From Sulfuritalea sp. (GTDB lineage Bacteria > Pseudomonadota > Gammaproteobacteria > Burkholderiales > Rhodocyclaceae): a DNA stretch of 64,000 bases. The position numbers were made by a program, and so were the translations under genes. The notes under the pieces are model-generated. The model worked only from the letters and a program-made list of their open reading frames with translations, was not told the origin of the DNA and ran no database searches. This document shows, in pieces, positions 1 through 9,183 of the stretch (position 1 is its first letter; every line of letters begins with the position of its first letter). The DNA lies in NCBI GenBank assembly GCA_020853215.1, contig JADYZH010000094.1, forward strand, positions 10,976 through 74,975, in the 5' to 3' direction.

Positions 1-1
1 C

Positions 2-412
2 CGCGAACAGAACATCGACTATGTGAATGGAAAGAAGCTGGTCGAGGACCATATCGACACCTTCGCCATGCTCGACAAGCAAGGGCGCCTGACCCGGCAA
101 GTGGTGGATTCGACCATCAAGACCGGCGCCGGTGAAATGCGGATCACCAGCAAGTCCGGCGCCACCTGCTTTGTCGCGACGGCCACCTATGGCGATCAGG
201 ATCATCCGAATGTGCAGTTCCTGCGCGCATGGCGGGATGGCTACCTGGCGCATCGTCCCGCCGGTGTAGCCTTCATTGACTGGTACTGGCGCACCGGGCC
301 GAAGCTGGCAACCTATGTGCATCGCTTTCCGGTTCTCAAGAAATGCAGTCGCGGCGCGCTGAGTGTATTGGTCATCGCGATTCGGATAGTGTGGGCCGGA
401 GGGGCGCGATGA
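2..412 (+). CDS. 5'-truncated protein with C-terminal CFI-box-CTERM domain; preceding residues resemble the end of an Mrr-type endonuclease domain
   Basis: Frame is open from position 2 (REQNIDYVNGKKLV...). GATCFVATATYG..HPNVQFLRAWRD..L....G..FI.WYWRTGP.LA matches the CFI-box pattern. NIDYVNGKKL resembles the Mrr_cat I.LIDG..L motif (weak). Confidence 0.7.
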   Translation, partial: REQNIDYVNGKKLVEDHIDTFAMLDKQGRLTRQVVDSTIKTGAGEMRITSKSGATCFVATATYGDQDHPNVQFLRAWRDGYLAHRPAGVAFIDWYWRTGPKLATYVHRFPVLKKCSRGALSVLVIAIRIVWAGGAR

Positions 413-1302
413 CTTCGCTCAACCATCGCGATATGCGCTGCTGGCCAAAGGCTGCACTGTGGGCGGCCGGCGGCGGGGTTCTCCTGGCATTGCTTGCCGC
501 CATCGCCGTGCTCGTCTGGCTGAAATGGGACGACTGGTTCTGGCAGCGCAAGTTTCTCTTTACGGCCGAGCAACAACTGGTCGATCTGGCGCTGCGAAAT
601 CCGGTAAGTGGCACAACGCCACCCGGTTCATTTGTCGGCGAGACGCGGTCCGCAGACTACAACTGCCGTATCGTCTCCACTGCCCGTAACGTGGAAATCA
701 ATCCGCTTGCGTGCAGTTGGCGCTATGGGCGGTCTATCCAAGCCTATCTTGGAACAGGAACGGTTGTCGAGCTGACGGTTTCCGGCAGTGGCGCCAGAAA
801 CCCGAATCATCTTCAGGCATTCCATGATGGTGCCGGGGACAGATGGGAGATTTTCCTGGGTACGGAAGTTGGCGAATCGGCCGGCGTTCAACGGTTGGTT
901 GCCGCGGCCGGCGCCGTCCCGCTTGAAAGGAACCAGCCTATCCTTCGTGCATCAGCCGACTGCCCGGTGACGATAGCTTCCTCCAACGAACTTTATGCGC
1001 GGATTGAAGCCATCGGGGGACTGCTGGAGACAGAGGCGACCGGAACGCGGGATGCCGACCGGGACATCGGGCGTGGCGTTCGCCGACTGCATTTGTCGAG
1101 CGATACCGTCAATCAGGTGGCCTGCGTCCTTGCCCGTGCGCTGGCACCCTACAAGATCGATGTCGTCATTCAGTCGCCGCCGATGGGCCACTACATCACT
1201 GGCTATCTTGACCATTACAACGAGCGCATGTGGCAAGCGGCCAGGGAGGTTGTTGGTTCCGGGTTCGAGGTAATGGTGTGGTCGATACTCGACCGCCGCT
1301 AA
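409..1302 (+). CDS. Hypothetical single-pass membrane-anchored protein
   Basis: ATG at 409 overlaps the upstream TGA (ATGA). N-terminal hydrophobic helix AALWAAGGGVLLALLAAIAVLVWL. No family recognised. Confidence 0.7.
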   Translation: MTSLNHRDMRCWPKAALWAAGGGVLLALLAAIAVLVWLKWDDWFWQRKFLFTAEQQLVDLALRNPVSGTTPPGSFVGETRSADYNCRIVSTARNVEINPLACSWRYGRSIQAYLGTGTVVELTVSGSGARNPNHLQAFHDGAGDRWEIFLGTEVGESAGVQRLVAAAGAVPLERNQPILRASADCPVTIASSNELYARIEAIGGLLETEATGTRDADRDIGRGVRRLHLSSDTVNQVACVLARALAPYKIDVVIQSPPMGHYITGYLDHYNERMWQAAREVVGSGFEVMVWSILDRR

Positions 1303-1326
1303 TCCTGCCAAAGCAAAGGTAAGCCA

Positions 1327-2430
1327 ATGACCTTTATTCCTTCACTCTGTACCAATCCACGACTTCCGCAAAATCTGCGCGAGATCAGTGACGATATCTG
1401 GCGGAACGTGCCCAGACCGGAACGCCGTTCTGTCGAACTCCCGCGAGCGGAGTGGCGGGACGAATTGAGGGAGGGGCACGAATGCATCGTCATTGCCAAT
1501 CGAAGCAAACCCGCGCTGCTGGCCTTTGACGGGAGGCTGGCCGCCGCCTCATGGCTGTTGGGTGACAGCCCGGAGCGGGAAATGATTTTCGATCTGAGCA
1601 TTTCCGCTGACAATGGTTTCGCGTCCGATGATGCGCCGGCTCCGGGAGACGCTCTCTACGTCAGCGCCGACAGTCGTAGCCGCGATCTCTGGATGGTTTG
1701 GGCCTTTGTGTGCTTAACGCATGAACTGCGCGATGGGCCGGTCCAAAGCGTAAAAACACTCGAAGAAGCGGGCCTGACGTTCACGGGAAATTTTGTGAAC
1801 GAGGCAAGTTACTGGCTAAGCTGCCGGGTGCTGTGCGTGCAGCCGGAGAACGATGGCTCAACCATCCTGGCAACAATTGAATCGGTTATCTGGAACGAGT
1901 CCCTCTATACCGGCATGTCCGAAGTGCTGGCAGCGGCGAACCAGCGTGCGCGGGAAGTGCGGCGCATTCCGGCATCGGACCCGCGGGCGCGGGATGCGAA
2001 TTGGCTTGAGCTGGAGCGCAAGCTGACCAACAGCGACTGGGAAGTCAGGTGGAGCGCGATATACGGAAGCCAGCAAACCCTTACACCGGAACAGATTGAT
2101 CGGGCGCAAAGGGACAAGAAGCGCATGGTCCGCTTCGCCATCGCCAAGCGGTTTGATCTCGAACTGGATCCAGCGCAGATTGAAGTGGGACTTACCGACC
2201 AGTCCATCGATGTGCGGGACATTTATGCGTATCGGGGCGGTTACACACTCACGCCCGAGCAGATCGAGCGAGGACTGACCGACGAAAGCGAGCTGGTCCG
2301 ATTGCGAATCGCCTCTCGCCCGGAAGTCGTGGGCAGATTCACCGGGCTGCAAATTGAACGGAAGTTGGCGGATGCTTGTGAAACACTCAATAAGGATGAA
2401 AAACATGAGCGCAGAAACCGCAGCACCTGA
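1327..2430 (+). CDS. Hypothetical protein with C-terminal HEAT/LRV-like repeats
   Basis: 367-aa ORF with ~28-aa repeats LTPEQI..GL.D....VR..IA.R. Confidence 0.75.
   Translation: MTFIPSLCTNPRLPQNLREISDDIWRNVPRPERRSVELPRAEWRDELREGHECIVIANRSKPALLAFDGRLAAASWLLGDSPEREMIFDLSISADNGFASDDAPAPGDALYVSADSRSRDLWMVWAFVCLTHELRDGPVQSVKTLEEAGLTFTGNFVNEASYWLSCRVLCVQPENDGSTILATIESVIWNESLYTGMSEVLAAANQRAREVRRIPASDPRARDANWLELERKLTNSDWEVRWSAIYGSQQTLTPEQIDRAQRDKKRMVRFAIAKRFDLELDPAQIEVGLTDQSIDVRDIYAYRGGYTLTPEQIERGLTDESELVRLRIASRPEVVGRFTGLQIERKLADACETLNKDEKHERRNRST
2080..2373 (+). repeat. Coding tandem repeat, ~84-bp period (about 4 units)
   Basis: Units begin at 2080 (LTPEQIDRA), 2164 (LDPAQIEVG), 2248 (LTPEQIERG) and 2338 (FTGLQIERK). 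Confidence 0.75.
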
Positions 2431-2944
2431 TAACTCCACCCTTGCCCGTCGGTACATGGGCCAGGGCGGGCACCTGGAAGGAATGGAGAACTGGCCCGCC
2501 GCTGCAGATGCCTATCGGCTCGCGCGGTCGGCGAACTCGCCCGATCCGCTGGTTCGCTATTTCGCCAGCAACAATCTTGGCTACGTACTGCTGCAGATGG
2601 AGCGGTACGAAGAAGCGGCCGAGTGCTGCCGCGAAGCGATAGCGATCAACCCGGAGCAATACAACGCCCACAAGAATCTCGGCCTGGCATTCCAGGGCCA
2701 TGGACTCTGGAAGGATGCCGCCTGGCGCTTCCTTGAAGCGACGCGACTCTGCCCGCGGGATGCGCGTGCCTGGCAGCTTCTTGAGCACCTGCTTGCGGCA
2801 CGGCCTGAACTGCTTGATCAGGATGGCAAGCTACGCCAGAGTTACACCACACTCCATGAAGCGTTGGCGAAGAAAGGCTATCTGCAGGCCCCGGTGCCGG
2901 AGAGCCCTGTATTCAGGCCACCGATGATTTTGCCGTTGCAATAG
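2405..2944 (+). CDS. Tetratricopeptide repeat protein
   Basis: TPR motifs NNLGYVLLQMERYEEAAECCREAIAINP / AHKNLGLAF...DAAWRFLEATRLCP. ATG at 2405 overlaps the upstream ORF. Confidence 0.85.
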   Translation: MSAETAAPDNSTLARRYMGQGGHLEGMENWPAAADAYRLARSANSPDPLVRYFASNNLGYVLLQMERYEEAAECCREAIAINPEQYNAHKNLGLAFQGHGLWKDAAWRFLEATRLCPRDARAWQLLEHLLAARPELLDQDGKLRQSYTTLHEALAKKGYLQAPVPESPVFRPPMILPLQ

Positions 2945-3288
2945 GTGTCAACGCGTTCGGAACGATCTGATGTTCGTGCAACAGGTATACCCGCGAACTT
3001 ACGTTACGAATATGGGCAGATGTCAGCGATACCCTGTCAGCAGCCCCTCAAAGCGCATGCTGACATGCATCGGTAATGGCCGTTGTCGCTGAATAGCCGA
3101 AGTTCAGACCGACGAAATCGGTGGCGCCGATTGAAGGCCGCTATGGAGAACGGCCCTGGTTGAATGGCTGCAATGGACGCAGCATTCCCACCGGCTGCTG
3201 ATGGCCGGGAGCGGCGTTGGTGGGCGCCCGCTCTGGAGAATCAGAATTTCTCGGAATCGTGAAAATCTGGAGCGGTTCGGCTTGCCGC

Positions 3289-4560
3289 TCAAGCTACAGC
3301 CTTGCTCTTGATTGGTGTCACGGTTGCGCCAGCCTTCCAACTGTCGAGCATGTCCGCCCATTGCTGCATCATCTTGGCGCGGTCTCCCAGATATTCAGCA
3401 TGATTGTAGGTGCGCCGCACGACATTGGGTTCGGCATGGGCCAATTGGCGCTCGATCCAGTCGGAAGCGAAGCCCAACTCGTTCAGCCGAGTGCTTCCGG
3501 TTGTTCGGGTAGCGTGTGGGCTGTACTTCTTCCCCCAGCCCAGAGCATTGAGCATAGTACGCAGCGACGCGCCGACCATCGGCTTGGTCCGATCATCCCG
3601 ATGCGGGAACAGATGCGCATGGCGCCCGGTGAGGCCGTGTAGCGCCCTCAACATCTCGATCGCTTGCGTGGGCAGCGGCATCGCATGTTCCTTGCGCTTT
3701 TTCATCCGTTCGGCGGGGATGCGCCAGATCGCCCCGTCCAAGTCGAATTCAGCCCATCGGGCCTCGACGGCTTCGCTCGGTCGGCACAGGGTCACCCACA
3801 TCAGGCGGAAGGCCGTGATGGTTTCGTGGCGCCCACCGTGACCTTCCACATCCCGCAATAGCTGGCCGATTTCGGCAGAATCCAGCGGGCGCTTGTGCTG
3901 GGTTTTGTTGGCAGGCAGCGCCTTGCGTACCGGGTAGACCGGATCGGCCTCCGCCCGCAGGGTTGATACGGCCAGTTCAAAGATGCCGGACATGGTGCGC
4001 TTGGCTTCCGCCGCGACCGTCAGGCCGTTCTTCTTTGCCGACGTGTTCATCACGTCAAGGATGTGCGCCGGGGTCACGCTCTTCACTGGCAACGTGCCGA
4101 TCTTCGGGAACACGACGCGCGTGAGCATGTCCAGCCGGCGTGCCTTGGTGACTTCTTCCCAGTCCTTCAAGGCCAGCCATTCCTTTGCCACAGCCTCGAA
4201 GGTGGTCGCACTTTCCAGTTCGCGCTTGATGCGTGCAAGTTGCCGGTTGTGAGCCGGGTTGATCCCCTGCTTGACCAGAGCCCGCGCCTTGATTCGCTCG
4301 TCCCGCGCCTCGGCCAAGGTAAATCGCCGACCACCGCGGCGGGCCTGCCCCTCTTCCTGCGTTTCACCACTGGGGACGATCGCGTAGTCGCCAATAGCAA
4401 AGATGCTTTCCTTGGTGACATCGCCTTCGCGAAGCTCGAAGCGATAACGCCACGCTTTCACGCCATTGGGTTTGATTTCCAAGTACAGCCCCTTGCCGTC
4501 AGACAGCTTGTAGGGCTTGTCCTTTGGCTTGGTGGTGCGGCACTGGGTGTCGGTCAGCAT
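3289..4560 (-). CDS. P4-family tyrosine recombinase/integrase with N-terminal arm-binding domain
   Basis: N-terminus MLTDTQCRTTKPKDKPYKLSDGKGLYLEI. Catalytic R (CRPSE), K (RMKK), HxxR (HATR), H (QLAH) and Y (RTYNHA) are intact. Confidence 0.95.
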   Translation of the reverse strand: MLTDTQCRTTKPKDKPYKLSDGKGLYLEIKPNGVKAWRYRFELREGDVTKESIFAIGDYAIVPSGETQEEGQARRGGRRFTLAEARDERIKARALVKQGINPAHNRQLARIKRELESATTFEAVAKEWLALKDWEEVTKARRLDMLTRVVFPKIGTLPVKSVTPAHILDVMNTSAKKNGLTVAAEAKRTMSGIFELAVSTLRAEADPVYPVRKALPANKTQHKRPLDSAEIGQLLRDVEGHGGRHETITAFRLMWVTLCRPSEAVEARWAEFDLDGAIWRIPAERMKKRKEHAMPLPTQAIEMLRALHGLTGRHAHLFPHRDDRTKPMVGASLRTMLNALGWGKKYSPHATRTTGSTRLNELGFASDWIERQLAHAEPNVVRRTYNHAEYLGDRAKMMQQWADMLDSWKAGATVTPIKSKAVA

Positions 4561-4567
4561 GGCATGA

Positions 4568-4649
4568 TCTCCCGGTCTGAGCCATACCCGGTTTTTTGAT
4601 ACCCGGTTCTGACTCCATACCCGACATCGTACCCGGTTTATACCCGGCT
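4568..4649. repeat. Cluster of (A)TACCCGG direct repeats, probable integrase arm-type binding sites
   Basis: catacccggtt 4583, gatacccggtt 4598, catacccgac 4616, cgtacccggtt 4628, tatacccggct 4639, and degenerate tctcccggt 4568. Confidence 0.75.
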
Positions 4650-4754
4650 GGCAACGGATCAAGCCGGATCAGCAAGGAACAATAAACCCCGCACTTACTC
4701 GGTTTTACTGGGTTTTTGTCGTCCGCCTAAGGTCGGCAGAATCCAAGCGCTGGT

Positions 4755-5849
4755 TTAGACGTTAAATAGGAAGTTCAGCACGTCGCCGTCCCTGACGACA
4801 TAATCCTTGCCTTCGGCACGCATCTTGCCGGCCTCCTTGGCGCCGTGCTCGCCCTTGCAGGCGATGAAGTCCTCGAAGGCGATGGTCTGGGCCCGGATGA
4901 AGCCCTTTTCGAAATCGGTATGGATCACGCCGGCCGCCTGTGGCGCGGTATCGCCCTTGTGGATGGTCCAGGCACGCACTTCCTTGACCCCGGCGGTGAA
5001 GTAGGTCTGCAGGCCGAGCAGGTGGTAGCCGGCGCGGATCAGGCGGTTGAGTCCCGGCTCGTCGAGCCCCATGTCGGCAAGGAACATCTGCTTCTCGTCG
5101 TCGGCGAGGTCGGCGATCTCGGCTTCCATGGCGGCGCAGATGGCTACAAGGTCGGCGCCTTCCTTTTCGGCATGCGCCCGCACGACATCCAGGTGGGGAT
5201 TGTTCTCGAACCCCCCTTCTTTGACATTGGCGACGTAAAGCACCGGTTTGGCCGTGATCAGGAAGAACTGGCGCAGGTTGATCTTCTCCTCCTTGGAAAG
5301 GTCGAGCGCGCGCACCGGCTTGCCTTCGTTCAGTTGCGCCATGCATTTTTCCAGCACGCCGACCAGCAGTTTGGCCTCCTTGTCGCCACCAGCCTTGGCC
5401 TGCTTGCTGTAGCGGTTGAGGGCCTTTTCGACGGTTGCCATGTCGGCCAGCGCCAGTTCCGTATCGATCACCTCGATGTCATGCAGGGGATCGATCTTGC
5501 CGGCGACGTGCACCACGTTGTCGTCGGCAAAGCAGCGCACCACGTGCACCACGGCGTCCGTCTCGCGGATATTGGCGAGGAACTGGTTGCCCAGGCCTTC
5601 GCCCTTGCTGGCACCGGCGACCAGGCCGGCGATATCGACGAACTCGACGATGGCGGGCTGGACCTTCTGCGGCTTGACGATGGCCGAGAGGGCCGCAAGC
5701 CGCTCGTCGGGCACTTCGACGATGCCGACATTGGGCTCGATGGTACAGAAGGGGTAATTCTCCGCCGCAATGCCGGACTTGGTCAGGGCGTTGAAGAGGG
5801 TGGACTTGCCGACGTTGGGCAGTCCGACGATGCCGCATTTGAGGCTCAT
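4755..5849 (-). CDS. ychF: Redox-regulated ATPase YchF
   Basis: [44 protein letters not shown]. Confidence 0.98.
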   Translation of the reverse strand: MSLKCGIVGLPNVGKSTLFNALTKSGIAAENYPFCTIEPNVGIVEVPDERLAALSAIVKPQKVQPAIVEFVDIAGLVAGASKGEGLGNQFLANIRETDAVVHVVRCFADDNVVHVAGKIDPLHDIEVIDTELALADMATVEKALNRYSKQAKAGGDKEAKLLVGVLEKCMAQLNEGKPVRALDLSKEEKINLRQFFLITAKPVLYVANVKEGGFENNPHLDVVRAHAEKEGADLVAICAAMEAEIADLADDEKQMFLADMGLDEPGLNRLIRAGYHLLGLQTYFTAGVKEVRAWTIHKGDTAPQAAGVIHTDFEKGFIRAQTIAFEDFIACKGEHGAKEAGKMRAEGKDYVVRDGDVLNFLFNV

Positions 5850-6451
5850 GGTTCGTCTTTCTTCGGGGGAACTGGTTTCGAGTTGATCTTCTGCGTTGCG
5901 GCGTTGAATTCGCCGCGCGCCAGCGTCGGCCAGACCAGCAGGGCGCGTTCCAGCGCGGCGTCGATCTCCTCGCGCTCCTCGCGGCGCGGCGGCTTCAGCA
6001 CGTAATCCACCACCTCGTCGCGGTCACCGGGATGGCCAATGCCGATGCGCAGGCGCCAGTAGTCCTGCGTGCCAAGATGGGCCGTGATGTCCTTGAGGCC
6101 GTTGTGGCCACCGAGGCCGCCACCGAACTTGAGGCGCATCTGCCCCGGCGGGATGTCTAGCTCGTCATGCACCACCAGCATTGCGGCGGGTTCGATGCGA
6201 TAGAAATGCGCCAGCGCCTGCACCGCCTGGCCGGAGCGATTCATGAAGGTCTGCGGCATCAGCAGCCAGATGTCCTGCCCGCCGACCCGCGCCTTGGCAA
6301 CGTGGCCGTGGTAGCGCGATTCGCGCGCGAATGACGCGCCCAGCTCGTGCGCGAGACGCTCACAAAACCAAAACCCGGCGTTGTGCCGGGTTTCAGCGTA
6401 GTCGGACCCGGGGTTGCCAAGTCCGACGATCAGGCGCGGAGCCGCTTGCAA
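5846..6451 (-). CDS. pth: Peptidyl-tRNA hydrolase
   Basis: [34 protein letters not shown]; TTG start. Confidence 0.97.
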   Translation of the reverse strand: MQAAPRLIVGLGNPGSDYAETRHNAGFWFCERLAHELGASFARESRYHGHVAKARVGGQDIWLLMPQTFMNRSGQAVQALAHFYRIEPAAMLVVHDELDIPPGQMRLKFGGGLGGHNGLKDITAHLGTQDYWRLRIGIGHPGDRDEVVDYVLKPPRREEREEIDAALERALLVWPTLARGEFNAATQKINSKPVPPKKDEP

Positions 6452-6455
6452 TCGC

Positions 6456-7121
6456 TTAACGCTTGTCGACGCGTTCGGCTTTCTTTACCGGGGCAGCAGG
6501 CGCCGCCGGCGCCACGGCCGCCGGTGCGGCTTCCGCTTCCTCTTCGCCCGCGCTGCCGCCCTTCATGAGGATGTTGGCCACCACCGGGTCGCCTTCGCCG
6601 TGGTGCACGATTTCGACGCCCTTGGGCAGGGGCAGTTGGGAGACGTGGATCGCCTGACCGGCGGCGAGGTCCTTGAGGTCGACCTCGATGAAGGAAGGCA
6701 GATCGGCGGGCAGGCACTTGACGTCGACGTCGTTCATAACGTGCGAAACCATGCCGCCGCCAATCTTGACGCCGGGGGCGATGTCGGCATTGATGAAGTG
6801 CAGGGGCACCTTCTGGTGGATCGCATGCGTGGCGTCGATGCGCTGGAAGTCGACGTGCAGGATTTGCATGCGGTACGGGTGGCGCTGCACATCACGCAGC
6901 AGGCACATTTCCTTCTTGCCTTCGAGGTTGACGTTGAGCACGGAGGAATAGAAGGCCTCCTTGCGCAGGAGCTGGAACAGCTCGTTGTGGTCGATGTCGA
7001 TCTGCTGCGGCGCGGCCGTGCCGCCGTAGAGGATGCCGGGGACCCGGCCGGTGCGACGCAGGCGGCGGCTCGCTCCGGTGCCCTGTCCATCGCGCTTGTT
7101 TGCATTGAATTCGAGTTGCAT
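6456..7121 (-). CDS. rplY: 50S ribosomal protein L25/general stress protein Ctc
   Basis: [25 protein letters not shown]...ILHVDF; ATG at 7121 after GGAG. Confidence 0.96.
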   Translation of the reverse strand: MQLEFNANKRDGQGTGASRRLRRTGRVPGILYGGTAAPQQIDIDHNELFQLLRKEAFYSSVLNVNLEGKKEMCLLRDVQRHPYRMQILHVDFQRIDATHAIHQKVPLHFINADIAPGVKIGGGMVSHVMNDVDVKCLPADLPSFIEVDLKDLAAGQAIHVSQLPLPKGVEIVHHGEGDPVVANILMKGGSAGEEEAEAAPAAVAPAAPAAPVKKAERVDKR

Positions 7122-7152
7122 GATTTGCTCCATTAGGTACTGCTTGAAAAAT

Positions 7153-7176
7153 CCCTTGCCCGCGACCAGGCCAGGG
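7153..7176 (-). promoter_or_regulatory. Putative rplY (L25) leader hairpin
   Basis: Minus strand CCCTGGCC-TGGTCGC-GGGCAAGGG in the prs-rplY spacer. The GGUCGC-type loop is recalled from proteobacterial rplY leaders. Confidence 0.45.
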
Positions 7177-7186
7177 GGTGAATAAG

Positions 7187-8137
7187 CTAATCCATGAAAA
7201 GCGAGGAGACGGACGACTCGTTGCTGATACGCAGCATGGTCTCGGCCATCAGTTCGGCGATCGAGATCTGGCGGATGCGCTTGCAGGCGCGGGCCTCCTC
7301 GGACAGCGGAATGGTATCGGTAACGACCAGCTCGTCGAGTTCGGACTCCGCGATGCGCGGCACGGCACTGCCCGACAGCACGGCGTGGGTACAGTAGGCC
7401 AGCACCCGCTTGGCGCCGTTTTCCTTGAGCGCCTGGGCGGCCTTGCACAGGGTGCCTGCGGTGTCCACCATGTCGTCCATGATGACGCAGGTGCGGCCTT
7501 CCACCTCGCCGATGATGTTCATCACTTCCGAGACGTTGGCCTTCGGCCGGCGCTTGTCGATGATCGCCAGGTCGGATTCGAGGCGCTTGGCCAGCGCGCG
7601 CGCGCGCACCACGCCGCCGACGTCGGGCGACACCACCAGCAGGTCCTCGTGGCGCTGCTTCCAGATATCGCCGAGCAGGATCGGCGCCGCATACACGTTG
7701 TCCACCGGAATGTCGAAGAAGCCCTGGATCTGGTCGGCATGCAGGTCCACCGTCAGTACCCGCTGCACGCCGACCGTCTGCAGCATGTTGGCGACCACCT
7801 TGGCGGTGATCGCGACGCGCGCCGAGCGCGTCCGCCGGTCCTGGCGGGCGTAGCCGAAATACGGGATGGCCGCGGTGATGCGCCCCGCCGAGGCGCGCTT
7901 CAGCGCGTCCACCATGACCATCAGTTCCATCAGGTTGTCGTTGGTCGGAAAGCAGGTCGACTGCAGGACGAACACATCATGGCCGCGCACGTGCTCAAGG
8001 ATCTCGCAGCTGACCTCGCCGTCGGAAAAGCGGCCAACCTCGGCGCGGCCGAGGGAAATGTTGAGGCGCTTGACCACATCGGCCGCCAACTTGCGGTTGG
8101 CATTCCCGGTAAACACCATCAGGCTGTCGTAGGCCAT
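7187..8137 (-). CDS. prs: Ribose-phosphate pyrophosphokinase
   Basis: [42 protein letters not shown]. Confidence 0.98.
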   Translation of the reverse strand: MAYDSLMVFTGNANRKLAADVVKRLNISLGRAEVGRFSDGEVSCEILEHVRGHDVFVLQSTCFPTNDNLMELMVMVDALKRASAGRITAAIPYFGYARQDRRTRSARVAITAKVVANMLQTVGVQRVLTVDLHADQIQGFFDIPVDNVYAAPILLGDIWKQRHEDLLVVSPDVGGVVRARALAKRLESDLAIIDKRRPKANVSEVMNIIGEVEGRTCVIMDDMVDTAGTLCKAAQALKENGAKRVLAYCTHAVLSGSAVPRIAESELDELVVTDTIPLSEEARACKRIRQISIAELMAETMLRISNESSVSSLFMD

Positions 8138-8201
8138 GTCGCGCTGCTCGTGTGGGTAAGGGCTTAAACCGTTGCTGTCCGGCCGATGTCAGTGGAAGTT
8201 C

Positions 8202-8278
8202 TGGCTGGGGAGGAAGGATTCGAACCTTCGCATGCCGGACTCAAAATCCGGTGCCTTAACCAACTTGGCGACTCCCCA
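8202..8278 (-). tRNA. tRNA-Gln (UUG)
   Basis: TGGGGAGTCGCCAAGTTGGTTAAGGCACCGGATTTTGAGTCCGGCATGCGAAGGTTCGAATCCTTCCTCCCCAGCCA folds as a cloverleaf with TTG anticodon and encoded CCA; canonical ispE-tRNA-prs position. Confidence 0.97.
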
Positions 8279-8321
8279 AGATCGAGACTCCGCCATGAGG
8301 GCGCAGGTCGAAAGGACGCGC

Positions 8322-8350
8322 ATTTTCGGGGTTTTCGGGCCTGCTGTCAA
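8322..8350 (-). promoter_or_regulatory. Sigma70 promoter for tRNA-Gln/prs
   Basis: TTGACA-N17-GAAAAT followed by GC-rich discriminator GCGCG. Confidence 0.65.
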
Positions 8351-9183
8351 ATCAGTAGCAGGGGGTGCCGATCCATTCCGGCCGCCACGAAGCCCCTCAT
8401 TTCCGCGGGCAATGCGGCCAATGCCATCCGCGCCGCCGACTCGCCGGCGAACTCGACGAAACAGCAGGCGCCGGACCCGCTCATGCGCGCATCGCCGTAT
8501 TGCCCCAACCATTCCAGGTGACGCGCTACCTCGGGATAGAGCGCACAGGCCACGGCTTCCAGGTCGTTGTGGCCGAAGCCGGGATGCCAGTCCGCCGGCG
8601 CAATGGCCGGAGTATCGCGGCGCAAGGTCGGCGAACGAAAGATTTCCTGCGTCGGCACCGCCACCCCGGGCACCAGCACCAGATACCAGGCCGGAGGCGG
8701 ACCGACATCGGTGAAGTGCTCGCCCACTCCTTCGGCGAACGTTGCGAGTCCATGAATGAAGACAGGTACATCGGCGCCCAGCGCGAGCCCGATGCGTTGC
8801 AGGCCGGGCGAGCCGAGCCCTGTTCGCCAGAGGCGGTTCAAGGCCATCAGCGTGGTCGCGGCATCGGAACTGCCGCCACCCAGACCGCCCCCCATGGGCA
8901 GGCGCTTTTCGAGATGCAGGGTGACCCCGGCGCCGGCGCCGGTTGCAGCGCGCAGCGCCTGCGCCGCGCGTACCACGAGGTCGGTTTCCGGAGGCACACC
9001 GGGCAGGGGCGTTGCCAGCACGATGCGGCCGTCACCACGCGGTTCGCAGCGCAGGTTGTCGCCGAAATCAAGAAAGCGGAAAACAGTCTGCAGCAAATGA
9101 TAGCCATCGCTGCGGCGACCGACCACATGCAGGAACAGGTTGATCTTGGCCGGTGCCGGCCAGTCGCGATCCCAATCGTTCAT
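8347..9183 (-). CDS. ispE: 4-diphosphocytidyl-2-C-methyl-D-erythritol kinase
   Basis: PAPAKINLFLHVVGRR.DGYHLLQT, PMGGGLGGGSSDAA, MSGSGA. Confidence 0.97.
   Translation of the reverse strand: MNDWDRDWPAPAKINLFLHVVGRRSDGYHLLQTVFRFLDFGDNLRCEPRGDGRIVLATPLPGVPPETDLVVRAAQALRAATGAGAGVTLHLEKRLPMGGGLGGGSSDAATTLMALNRLWRTGLGSPGLQRIGLALGADVPVFIHGLATFAEGVGEHFTDVGPPPAWYLVLVPGVAVPTQEIFRSPTLRRDTPAIAPADWHPGFGHNDLEAVACALYPEVARHLEWLGQYGDARMSGSGACCFVEFAGESAARMALAALPAEMRGFVAAGMDRHPLLLI

Larger units (their letters stand above)
1..4772. mobile_element. Right end of an integrative genomic island inserted at the 3' end of ychF; left boundary probably outside the window
   Basis: P4-like integrase starts 195 bp after the ychF stop, on the same strand. 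TACCCGG repeats lie between them, and non-core cargo genes lie at 1-2944. Confidence 0.8.

Noticed and set aside
3088-3110. gctgaatagccgaagttcag resembles the ychF 3' end (gttaaataggaagttcag) and could be a second att site
   Set aside because: Needs a 2-bp gap and mismatches; only 9 contiguous identities. It fits the local repeat family equally well, and accessory genes continue to the left.
4845-8167. Long plus-strand ORFs antisense to ychF, rplY and prs (also opposite M16, ftsY, mpl, accC and fcl)
   Set aside because: Shadow ORFs from high-GC codon bias; no motifs, and they lie opposite well-supported genes.
8172-8714. ORFs spanning the tRNA region (WLGRKDSNLRMPDSKSGAL...)
   Set aside because: Translation of the tRNA-Gln antisense strand.
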